Part shown: positions 55,701 to 64,000 of the stretch, piece after piece
Numbering within the stretch: the stretch's first letter is position 1
How the letters are laid out: every line of letters begins with the position of its first letter
Source: Trypanosoma brucei
Taxonomy: Eukaryota
DNA: 64,000 nt
Direction of reading: 5' to 3'
Assembly (NCBI GenBank): GCA_000002445.1
Contig: CP000067.1
Span: forward strand, 1,408,001 to 1,472,000
The notes under the pieces: model-generated
The model's input: only the letters and a program-made list of their open reading frames with translations
What the model was told of the DNA's origin: nothing
The model's database searches: none
Position numbers and translations under genes: made by a program

Positions 55701-57137
55701 CAAGCGCCAAGTCATATCAACAGTCACGCCAGCTGACGCGGAATCACACTTCCCAGTGAAGCGTAAGTTGTGCACCTCGCCATTGTTACATGCTGCCAGC
55801 ACCGATCGCCCACCATTCACTGCCCATCGCAAGTTAGTCACGGCACAAGCGAATATATCCGAGGAGGCTGCGGTTTCAAGAAGTCCATCTGCCACCTCAA
55901 TGAAATGGACTACATTTTTGTCACATACAGCTAAGAGTGAAACTCCGTCAGATGTGCAAGCGGTCAAGGGACAGTCACTTACCTTCATCTGGGAAACAAC
56001 ACTAACGGTATTTTCCACTGTGAAGGAACGGACGAACCCGCTGTCATATACGACTACCGCTACGGAGCCCACGACGCACGCATCTACAACTTTCTCGGGA
56101 AATCTGACAGGGGTGTGCCCTGCTGTATTCGTGTCCTGATCATAAGTAACGAGACTCCCATCTAAACACACTATCACGACGAGACCTCCCAACACCAGAA
56201 GCTTCACAGTGTCGGAGGCGCTCCGGCGTCGAACAAAAACAGACTGCGCGGTGTCCACAGAAATTTTTGTTACATCGGTACTGGTTGCAACTAAAACATC
56301 ATTTACGTCTGGTAACGTCAGTAAACGAACTACCGAACGACCTAATCTCACAAGCAGCCGTTGTGCCTTCTGATCAATATTGTAAGTAAACACATCACCA
56401 CACTCCGTTCCAATGAATAAAAGAGTCCCGTTTTGCAGTAGAGCAGTAACATTGTGAGGTGTTTCGCAGTTTATATAATTCTTCATATCTGTTCTCAGCT
56501 CGTCCAAGAGAACTACCTGCCCCCTACCAGCACCGCAGTACAGACCCTCAGTGCCCCATACGCAAGAGTGAAAATAGTGTCCCTTCGAACTCAATGTGAG
56601 AATACTTGGTACAAATGTGGCCGAATCCATGTTGCACGCAATTCGAACACCGTGTGGTTCCAAAACGGCTATACAGTCATGCCGATGCAACGGAAACGTT
56701 AAGTGCTTGCAGAAGACACCGCCTAGCTCGGTCGAGGCACATTTCACCAATCTGTTGCCGCGAGCGGCTGAATAAAAAGTAACACAAGTTGTTGGTATAC
56801 ATGTTAGAAGGGCTAACATTTCTCCATCACTCGAGAATAACATGTGCTGCACATCCACGGTCGCAACATTATCAATACACTGCAGGTGGTGACGTTCTGG
56901 AAATCGGAAAACGTGCAGCGACACATCCAGCTTCACCTCAGTTACGCACAGCAAACCTGCAGAGGGTGAAAACGCCAGCGCACCGATCGCGTAGCGGCCT
57001 TCACAAGGGATCCACTGGGACGACTCTTCCTTGCGTCGGATAACGATGCCACCCCCCGCTCCTAGGAGAAAGTCGTCACCCGCAGCGACGAGAGCAGAGG
57101 GAGAGTTGAACCCTAGAATGCGCGCGTTGGTTGCCAT
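52755..57137 (-). CDS. Large protein of 1460 aa with an N-terminal WD40/beta-propeller-like half and a C-terminal coiled-coil half (cilia/flagella-associated CFAP43/44-like architecture)
   Basis: Genuine ATG. The N-terminal ~700 aa have blade-like segments with scattered WD/GH dipeptides. The C-terminal ~700 aa are heptad-rich (…LRQLHTLRVTRQMQETIHTGAVTSLEREINKMDARIEAVRSVMSKKVEERNRV…). Family assignment is tentative. Confidence 0.5.
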   Translation of the reverse strand: MATNARILGFNSPSALVAAGDDFLLGAGGGIVIRRKEESSQWIPCEGRYAIGALAFSPSAGLLCVTEVKLDVSLHVFRFPERHHLQCIDNVATVDVQHMLFSSDGEMLALLTCIPTTCVTFYSAARGNRLVKCASTELGGVFCKHLTFPLHRHDCIAVLEPHGVRIACNMDSATFVPSILTLSSKGHYFHSCVWGTEGLYCGAGRGQVVLLDELRTDMKNYINCETPHNVTALLQNGTLLFIGTECGDVFTYNIDQKAQRLLVRLGRSVVRLLTLPDVNDVLVATSTDVTKISVDTAQSVFVRRRSASDTVKLLVLGGLVVIVCLDGSLVTYDQDTNTAGHTPVRFPEKVVDACVVGSVAVVVYDSGFVRSFTVENTVSVVSQMKVSDCPLTACTSDGVSLLAVCDKNVVHFIEVADGLLETAASSDIFACAVTNLRWAVNGGRSVLAACNNGEVHNLRFTGKCDSASAGVTVDMTWRLDFPVNDFLPLYGDGDVINIFVHSVDKDTKMYALERQRVKESKPLRPYFLMRDHECGGNVLQRLGGDSIISAGGDGRVVVRDISHYLMKLPPVPPTKEKKHPLKEFLLRPFGRGGITCLSVWNAAGGFVCGGNDSVVHLVPVGKSPIHYSWSEPFWHQRAISTSPSRASSPSDAETLSAERSRCRIISALADLRMEVEKLLQERTPTVRAEDFLLPEQRQAFNEECEMEIHKAREDDYYSLVHNEFVQHTIKTECWDVMEVQRSKIVSMTDPETEVHNFHLRKPCAQRAKIQKKIKLMRAIQIKTEECFTLSSLVKRAKEGNLCTEQQVCGPPSDVDELLYDTLDVYTGPRATIQLILLECKILHEKKSFNIRFDTLRERKSRELNLIAERNGRCVRIMQQLGEHTCPPNVLFTPVFDIEEDPQTVFEVFDSEIDPELLKLAVKSDDGELVVSPSDEAALKTWMDGLEKVTEVLRVNVPIPPFADNSLEQYVPPEERSDEQQRIFEEYEKEVAEQTVLINEKKELLRGEVAALVKANMTSAKAIDDEIDVLRTDRMLVAQLVDELELHQVNALCLFLLKKTIRNKFLGVKREEEDLLCRLRQLDSLYEYRLKLYLASEARVQDCIEEEKNMITDMRCLPPFTDPDWGERLNRRFTTWRSKYEDGLAKVPEPTRSGVVPIPLWEQYCQCCRAVVEARDKIIHLRGEADALNDEVVEVETEKKKAQFALDDKEKAEEACRKEVIEKVLDIQNLYTLQQGQVQDENAMVSDDFTDFSIRWVKNITDYNDLIFASFDEIRSLMSRSSQLRQSMKTCSWETERLLYCIGTLEMELRQLHTLRVTRQMQETIHTGAVTSLEREINKMDARIEAVRSVMSKKVEERNRVISKLKMQINDRRAENQYLNNQVQALTNSVEDKKAVWGMLGEHNNDKDRLRERMRELYENSELEELARCQQEELVRLKNEVDRLREATFPSFAVVTRRTAR

Positions 57138-57472
57138 CTAATATAAAAGTACACTGCGTAATAATACCCTATAATGTTTGGCACGGAGCGCGCGGATGGA
57201 GCAACAACGAAAGTTTATGAACCGAACAGGGAGTGACGCCACCAAAAACAGTTTTCTTTTGGGCTCGTATATAGCCCAAGCTGCCACAAAAGCAACACAG
57301 AGTGTTGATACCGGACACACATACGCGCAAACAAACAAGCAAAAAAAGCAAACGAACAACTATAGATTACCCCCGCACTCCCATGTCTCTTCTAATAATT
57401 GAAAGAATAAAAATATGTATTCACAGCAATAAAAAAATAATTAAAACAATCGTTAAGCAAGCGAAAGCACGT

Positions 57473-58768
57473 TTAGGCGACACCTATACCACGTTGAATC
57501 GCGTGAACCCACATTTCCATGTCCCCATGTGATACAGCCTGAAACCACATACCCTTTCCGCCGACCGTATTGAGGGCAAACACAAAATCTCTCTTTGCAG
57601 TACTGTGAGGCACCGGGCAAGCACCCTGCACTTGTTCAAGGTTTAGGCCTTTTGGATTATTTCCTTCTTCATCATCTGTTAGAATGAGCTGTCCGCGAAC
57701 AATCTGCAAAACCCTCGGTTTCCACGACTTCCCGTTTCCACCACCCAGTTTGTTTACATGTCCCCGGTGTGTAACGTCGTAGTTAATTTGTGATTCCAGG
57801 AAACGATGTGCATCAGGGCTCACTTCCGAGGATAAGATTTCGCTGACCTGTGATACGAGGACCTCCTTCACCGAGTCCAAAATTCGTTCGTTTTTCTTCA
57901 GTGCTTGCACAAATAGTTTAAGGCCCTTATTGATGTAAGGTATCTGGAAATTTTCCCTTACACTTGGTCTGTCATTAGGGTCCGCTACAAGGATACCATC
58001 AACAACATGCTTAAATCCGGACAAGAAGCTATCCGGCAAGGGAGCATATGTGCCAGCAAGAACCTTCGACATCAAACCTTTCAAATTACTTGCTGAAAAC
58101 GGTTTCTTCATGCCCATAATTTCGTACAATAAAACACCCAACGACCACACATCAGCCTTCTTATTGTACCTTTTATTATTCCACAGCTCTGGTGCCAGGT
58201 AGTACGGTGTGCCACAGAACGTACTTGCAACGACGCGTGATACGGTGTCTTCATATTGATGACTGAATCCAAAGTCTCCCAGTTTAACTAGTCCTGTAGA
58301 TGTGAGCAGCACATTGGCAGATTTGATATCGCGGTGCAGCATCTTATGGCTGTGGATGTAGTCAAGGGCAAGACACAGTTGTAAGAAGAGAAACAAGGCC
58401 TCGTGTTCTTGAAAGTAGCGCGCATCTCCTGTGCCCCGAAGCTTTATTTGCTCATCAAGGTTGCCTGAGTCAGCGAATTCCATGACAATAAGCAACCGAT
58501 CATTTTCCTCGTGGTCCTCAATGTAACGAATAATGTTTGGATGATTACAGTTGGCCAGACACTTGATTTCGCTCTGCGCGTACCGCTTATCCCGCTGAGA
58601 CATCTTGCTTAAACCCATGACTTTTGCTACACAAAGAGACCCATCCTCCACGCTCTCCGCTACATATGCTTCACCATAGGAACCCAATCCTACAATCCCT
58701 TTGTTCAGGTATTTACACCGACCACCGCTGCCGTCGGTTCCAAGGATCGTCGAGAACGGTTCGGCCAT
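57473..58768 (-). CDS. Second NEK-family protein kinase with a C-terminal PH-like domain, a paralogue of 33877-35199
   Basis: GLGSYGEAYVA, AKVM, HRDIKSANVLL, DFGFSHQ, GTPYYLAPE. The C-terminal …RVLQIVRGQLILTD…DFVFALNTVGGKGMWFQAVSHGDMEMWVHAIQ ends in a PH-type Trp-containing helix. About 45% identity to the other NEK in the kinase domain. Confidence 0.8.
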   Translation of the reverse strand: MAEPFSTILGTDGSGGRCKYLNKGIVGLGSYGEAYVAESVEDGSLCVAKVMGLSKMSQRDKRYAQSEIKCLANCNHPNIIRYIEDHEENDRLLIVMEFADSGNLDEQIKLRGTGDARYFQEHEALFLFLQLCLALDYIHSHKMLHRDIKSANVLLTSTGLVKLGDFGFSHQYEDTVSRVVASTFCGTPYYLAPELWNNKRYNKKADVWSLGVLLYEIMGMKKPFSASNLKGLMSKVLAGTYAPLPDSFLSGFKHVVDGILVADPNDRPSVRENFQIPYINKGLKLFVQALKKNERILDSVKEVLVSQVSEILSSEVSPDAHRFLESQINYDVTHRGHVNKLGGGNGKSWKPRVLQIVRGQLILTDDEEGNNPKGLNLEQVQGACPVPHSTAKRDFVFALNTVGGKGMWFQAVSHGDMEMWVHAIQRGIGVA

Positions 58769-61700
58769 CGAAACTCTACATAATGATGGCCGCTGACGGT
58801 GGACTGAGCGCCCAAGGGTTGGTTACCACAGGGAAATTGCAAGCAGCAACCACAATCCACTTTGGAAGAACGCGCCGAACAACACACAAACCCCCAAAAC
58901 GACTGCTGTGTCCACAGGAAAATTTCACCCACAACAAGCACTGAGGATGTTTTGTACTACGAAGGTTACGGATCTGGGACGCGCAACACAAACAAATCAA
59001 TACTATACATCTGGCTGAACCTCTAAAGTTTGTCAGGCGTCCGTAACGGATTTAGTTACACACAATTGGGCCTTCAGCCAACCATTTCGGTCACCTGTCA
59101 AAAACTGGAGCGAGAAAGTTAACAAGGGCAACCACATGCTACTCAATTGATAGCTACCACTTGTGAGTGGGGGAAGTCTTCTCAGTGGAACTGATGAAGG
59201 CTTAACACCAAATAACATGCGAGAGACATTGAAAGGATTCACACTACACGGCAAAATAAAGCGTGAGTGGGTTGGTCGGAGTTGCGCCCGCGTTCAGGTA
59301 GTAGTGGGTCGTTTTTCGTTATTTAACCTTGCCATATGTTCTTAGCAAATGACTCGGTACCACCTCATAAATAAATGCGTAAATAGCAACCGCCACCTTT
59401 CAGGAAATTTTGGAGAAGGGCAAACAAGTAGGTGTAGAACTTCGACATATTGAAGCTCGATAACCCCCCTGAGATTCACCTCAGTACCTACCTTACCCTC
59501 TTTTAACAATTTATGTCAAAAGGTCGTAGCAGAGATATTCAATAAACGTAGATAATGGCATTTCTCTGTACAAATACACAACCAACAAGCTGTCATTAAA
59601 GATCCTTTACACCATAAAAGTTAATCATTTTTAGTTGTCTAATTGATAAAAATATATATATTGTAAATCTCAATAAGCATAAAACCACCTACAGGTGCCA
59701 GCGCTCTGTGTGGCGTACGTACTTGGGGGAAATGTCACTCGTAACTGCATATGTACATTTATGCATCAAACAAGCACGTTGCAATTCACCAAACGCCAGG
59801 CCCAGCCAAGCCCTTGAGTCAGAACACATGGTGGCAAAAGCAAAACCTCAATCCCTTATAGATACATAACAGCATACATTACTGCTCAAAGTACTTAAAT
59901 TATTGCCGCGAACGAAATTCAGCCAGTTCGAGAGGGGAAGGAAAAGAAACGTGCGCACCAGCAACGGTACTTTAAGTACTTCCTCATGACGGACCGTGGA
60001 CCGCAACCCGACAATAGATAATCTTACCGATATATGGTGTCGAAGGACCTGCTAACAGACCAACTTAGCCACCGCACAAACACGACAACCGCAAATTAAG
60101 AGGGGGACCAATATGCGTTAGCGACATGCCTATTGAAATGCCATCAACAGGAAGAGCAAAATATCTTTCCACGAGAGTGTTCTCACGCAACTATCAATGG
60201 CACGGCATTGAGAGAAATGTTTAAAAACTGGACACATGCACAGTTCGACTCAGACGTATATCGCAGAACGCAGTATCTTCAAATATGAGTCATCACTTAA
60301 ACTCATAGAGCAACAAAAACAGTTAAGTAAATAAACCTCCTTGTACACGTTGATAAAACCTTTTGTTGGTGAATGGTAACCCACCAAATGCACAGAATGC
60401 ATGCAAAGCGAACTTCAAGCGCAACAAAATATGTACAAGTACAGTTATCAAACACAACTGGCACTCTTTCGACAGTTATTAACGATGGACCACCACGCTG
60501 ACGGACAGCAATGACACGGCTCACGGAAGTGTTTTCTCACACCGCTTCGCACCGTGAAGGGCGGTCTGCCAAACGCTCGCCGCGGCAGAGACGCGAAAAG
60601 GGACCGCTCTAACAACCACCCCAGTCCGGTGCACGCCGCCTCCCTCCTGACACTTGACATAGCTAGCAGGTGACATGCTCAGAAGAAGTGACGTGTAACG
60701 GACCCTTTCACCCCTTTCTGTCGACGAGCTTGAGCTCCCAGCGTTAGCTCACAGTGACGGAAGAAGCTGTTGGGGTGCCTTCACATCAATAGTAGCAATT
60801 CTTTCTCGTAAAAAAAAAACGTCCGTTAAGCCAGAGCGCCTCTCGAATTCGAAGCGACACTGGTTGGCTTCAATCCATCACGTTACCCTCCTCCGTATCA
60901 CCCGCGTTGGTATGTTCTTCCACGAGGCTGCCATTTTTTAAAAGTATGCGTAGAAAGAGGCTTGTAGTAAATTCAGATTTCACCACAGACCTGTTGGAGG
61001 CAAAATACACCAGCAGCAAACGGGCAACCGAGTTCCCCATTGAAGAACGGGACAATTGACACATAGGCGCAAGACAGGAATCACGCGCCTCCTCAAGGGA
61101 GGCCGCCGCACCGCCGAGTAGGTAAGCACTCGCGGCGGCGTTGCAAGAATCTGATGCCGCTTGGACACGGCAGTTGCCTTCATGATTAGCGTGAGGGGAC
61201 GCCCAGTGGCGAAATGACTGCAGTTGCCGCCGCCGCAGTTTTCGTTGCGTTAGTCCCCACGTCACCCAGCCACGGTGTTGCAGGTCGCCCTCGACTCGAT
61301 TTTGCAGTGTAGTCGAAACAACCGCGCTCCGAGGTGTTTGACGCACCCACCAACTTTCCTAACCAGGGAGTCTGCACCTGCGAGCCTGACTTGCAGCTAT
61401 CTCTGCTATCCTCAGCCGCGCGTTGCCTTTATAGTGATTGGACCGCTATCTAGGAAAGAAGCGCTCCGTCATGCGCGGCAAGCTCCGTCCCCGCTCACGA
61501 TTTGGACCAATAAATCCCACAACCGAGTGTGCTCTAACGGTCCGCTGGATCATCATGTCCAGGAGAATCGGGGGAGGACTCTCCGTGTTTGTTACGGTGT
61601 AGCGCCGTTGCCTGTCCGACGGGGCTCGGCATCTGCCTCTCCCCTCCCACTGTAGAAAACGTTGTGCTTATTAGCCGAGCGCGCAACAGCGGCTTGAGGC

Positions 61701-64000
61701 CTAGTTTGGAGCGGCGGTCCGAGTTTCATCGTCTAACCCCGACGACGGAACATCACGCAGCAAAAGACAATCGCGATTTCTTGTGATTGCGTCGTTGCAT
61801 ATTCAACGCTCGCCAATGCCACGGTGTACATAGGTACGGAGCTGCCGCATTCTTTTTGTATACGGTTAACCGTGAGCCCCCATATCCCGCATTCCACGCC
61901 GATGTCGTCCACCTCAGCTTTTCACCCGGGTCCCATTCCCTATCAGGCTGAGAGAAACCAAGAACCAGCGGCGTGCCTCATACGCAAACCCTTCCGCTCC
62001 AACCATTATGGCATACCTGCAGGGTGCGGGAATCCCTGCCATGCCGGACTGCTGTTTGCTCTTCGCCGGTCCCCACCGTCGTACGAATATCCGGCTCAAT
62101 CTATCGTCACCCTCTGGGGCGGTGACCCGCAGGCCTAATGGAAAGAAGTCACTGGTGAGGCAAGGGGAAAGCTCGTAAAAGTATATATATTAATTTTTTT
62201 CCTTCAACGGGAAGTAGTATACGTAAAAGAAAACCTGCATTGCCACAAAGCCAGCACGCAGTTACTGTGCGGAGGTTGTGCCAATGAAAATGGGGTTGGG
62301 TATGCCCCCGGGGAAAATAAGTTGCGTGTGATGCGTAGATGGCAAAAGCGGCAATGTTCACAAGTCCTGCGCCATTTCCCTCTCTGGGGTCAAAGGTGAC
62401 CCATACTTAGGTCCAAGATGGAACCGACCACCGCGTATGGAAGGGTGATTTTCATAGTAAAAAGAATGAGGTGATTTCTATGCAGCTTATTTTCTTCCAC
62501 CACGTTGTTTGGAAAGACAGTGCAATAGCAGATGAGATTGCAGTGGAAGAAACAACTGTAGAATGACACACCTAATATGTAAAATTGATGTTTTGGTGGG
62601 AGACATAAAGCAGAAGCGTAACGAGGGATATGCTGCGCTCGAAGCTGGATTAGGGCCAAGCACGCGCAGGAGAAACTTTCTCGGTCACATCGAGTCTCTA
62701 CTAAAGAAGCGATCGCATGCCGGAATAAAAGAAAGCCCGCCCTTTAACAATTTCATATTCGCACCCCCGAACCAACTTGGCGAGACCGGTGGAACAGCCT
62801 CGCTCCCTGATAAGTGTTTCAGCAAATGTCGATTGTGCAACCGCCAAATTGATGGCGTTGAAAAGGGGAAACAATACAACGAAGCGCTTACCAATGAATT
62901 AAGCACTTCGTTGAAAACTCCCAAGGCCAAGGCAGAGAGAGTTCGCGATCCAGTGACATCCCTGAATTGTAACTTTATCGTCCACTGATAAGGATCAACC
63001 ATGAGTGATATAGTTAAGGTACACGAGTGGGCAGAAGTGGCAGACGCATGGGAAGGCTTTAAAAGATGCTGTGAAATCCCTCGTGTGCGCCACGGATGCT
63101 ATCAATGTGTTTTGTGTGAGCGTGGCACTCCCCGGAAATGTGACAAACTTTAAAAAACATATGGACAGACATGAGGGAGGTTCAAACCAGAAGCGATGAA
63201 CAAAACGAGGCGAAGAAGCCTAGGAATAATCTGGGAGAGTGCAAGGAAATGCTCACAAGGCCCAAAGAACAACCAGTTACAAACTGGTATAAGTGACACA
63301 TTTGCCTCTATCACTATAGGAAGAAAGATTTGACCCTGCCATTGGGAAGTGGTGGAAAATGCGACACTCCAGTGGGAAGCAGTGAATATGGCGATGAAGG
63401 GATAAGACTGGGAGAAGGAAATGCACGAAGGTGCCTCTTGCGCACGAATACTGAGTTTCTGAAACACCAGCTAAAACGACGCGTAGAAACCCGCCGTCAA
63501 GGGTGCAAGGACAGGGCCACGAGACTGGAAGAAAGCGATGAAAATAGTTTCCGTGGAGAGGGTGGAAAAAAGGAACGCTAAAACGGCGGAGGAGCAAAGA
63601 AGAGAGACCATAATTTGCCCTTGCCCTACCAAAGCATACCCAACGTCGGTGTCGCCAAAGTCTCATACCTCCAAACTTCATCCATATAATAAAGAGGGGG
63701 CCACAACGGCCGAGGGCGCGGGGGAAAGGACCGCGGACGACAAGGATACCAGGGGCGTGGAACGCGAAAATACGGCAAGCAGCAAAGGTAGCGTTTTTCG
63801 GTTCCACCACTGCCATGAAACTTGTCGTAAGCATCCGCAACCTCGCCAATACGTTGAGTCCAAACGCCGGGAGGCCATGAAGACATCTTAAAAGCGGGGA
63901 AAAATTATGGGAAGTTCAGTGGAGACGATCAAAAGATGTAAGGGCGGGGAACCGTAGAGGTGTGGAAATTGAGGGGACAGCGGGGGAAAATGTCAGGTCA

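Noticed and set aside
60800-60860. Possible tRNA near an EcoRI-like palindrome (ctcgaattcgaag)
   Set aside because: I found no GGTTCGAATCC-type T-loop or plausible cloverleaf when reading by eye. tRNA genes are not ruled out anywhere in the window, but I could not support one.
1-64000. ORF-track start coordinates and leading 'M' residues
   Set aside because: I checked several by hand (1081, 8338, 9391, 12406, 12968, 15765, 18553, 20312, 38731, 47567, 51966, 52429). The first codon is GTG, TTG or CTG in each case, so the track uses bacterial start rules. For this eukaryote I moved each CDS start to the first in-frame ATG. True starts remain uncertain by one or two Met positions.
1-64000. CRISPR arrays, prophage or integron features, bacterial operon signals
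   Set aside because: The sequence is eukaryotic (kinetoplastid). The only regularly spaced repeats are the 36-bp coding repeats and the 1759-bp gene array, neither of which has a repeat-spacer structure.

Overview
This window looks like a nuclear chromosome-internal segment from a kinetoplastid, most likely a Trypanosoma brucei-group trypanosome. Evidence for that placement: no introns, densely packed long ORFs, CA/TA microsatellites between genes, and typical trypanosomatid protein families. The ORF track uses bacterial-style alternative start codons, so many ORFs listed as 'M...' actually begin with GTG/TTG/CTG. I re-anchored each CDS on the first real ATG, read from the sequence by hand. 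Every credible gene (about 30) lies on the minus strand, so the window sits inside one right-to-left polycistronic transcription unit. Genes I recognise by motif include Maf1, a mitochondrial bL12 ribosomal protein, a Tousled-like kinase, an FG-nucleoporin of the Nsp1/Nup62 type with 24 near-perfect 36-bp repeats, a PP4R3/SMEK homologue, two NEK-type kinases with C-terminal PH domains, a roadblock/LC7 dynein light chain, and a biotin-dependent carboxylase alpha subunit. The rest are hypothetical, low-complexity or coiled-coil proteins. The most striking structure is a head-to-tail tandem array (17330-28852) of seven near-identical genes for a type-II GT31/GT67-like glycosyltransferase with a DDD motif. 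The array has an exact 1759-bp period, a copy with a divergent C-terminus at one edge, a 5'-truncated relic at the other edge, and two sequence subtypes among the internal copies. Other points worth a second look are a ~5-kb gene-free low-complexity island with a purine/pyrimidine strand-bias switch (28.85-33.88 kb), an in-frame TGA splitting the biotin carboxylase gene, an apparent frameshift in the adjacent Rossmann-fold oxidoreductase, and a ~5-kb ORF-poor stretch at the 3' end of the window. There is no CRISPR array, no prophage and no recognisable transposable element; this is a eukaryotic locus.
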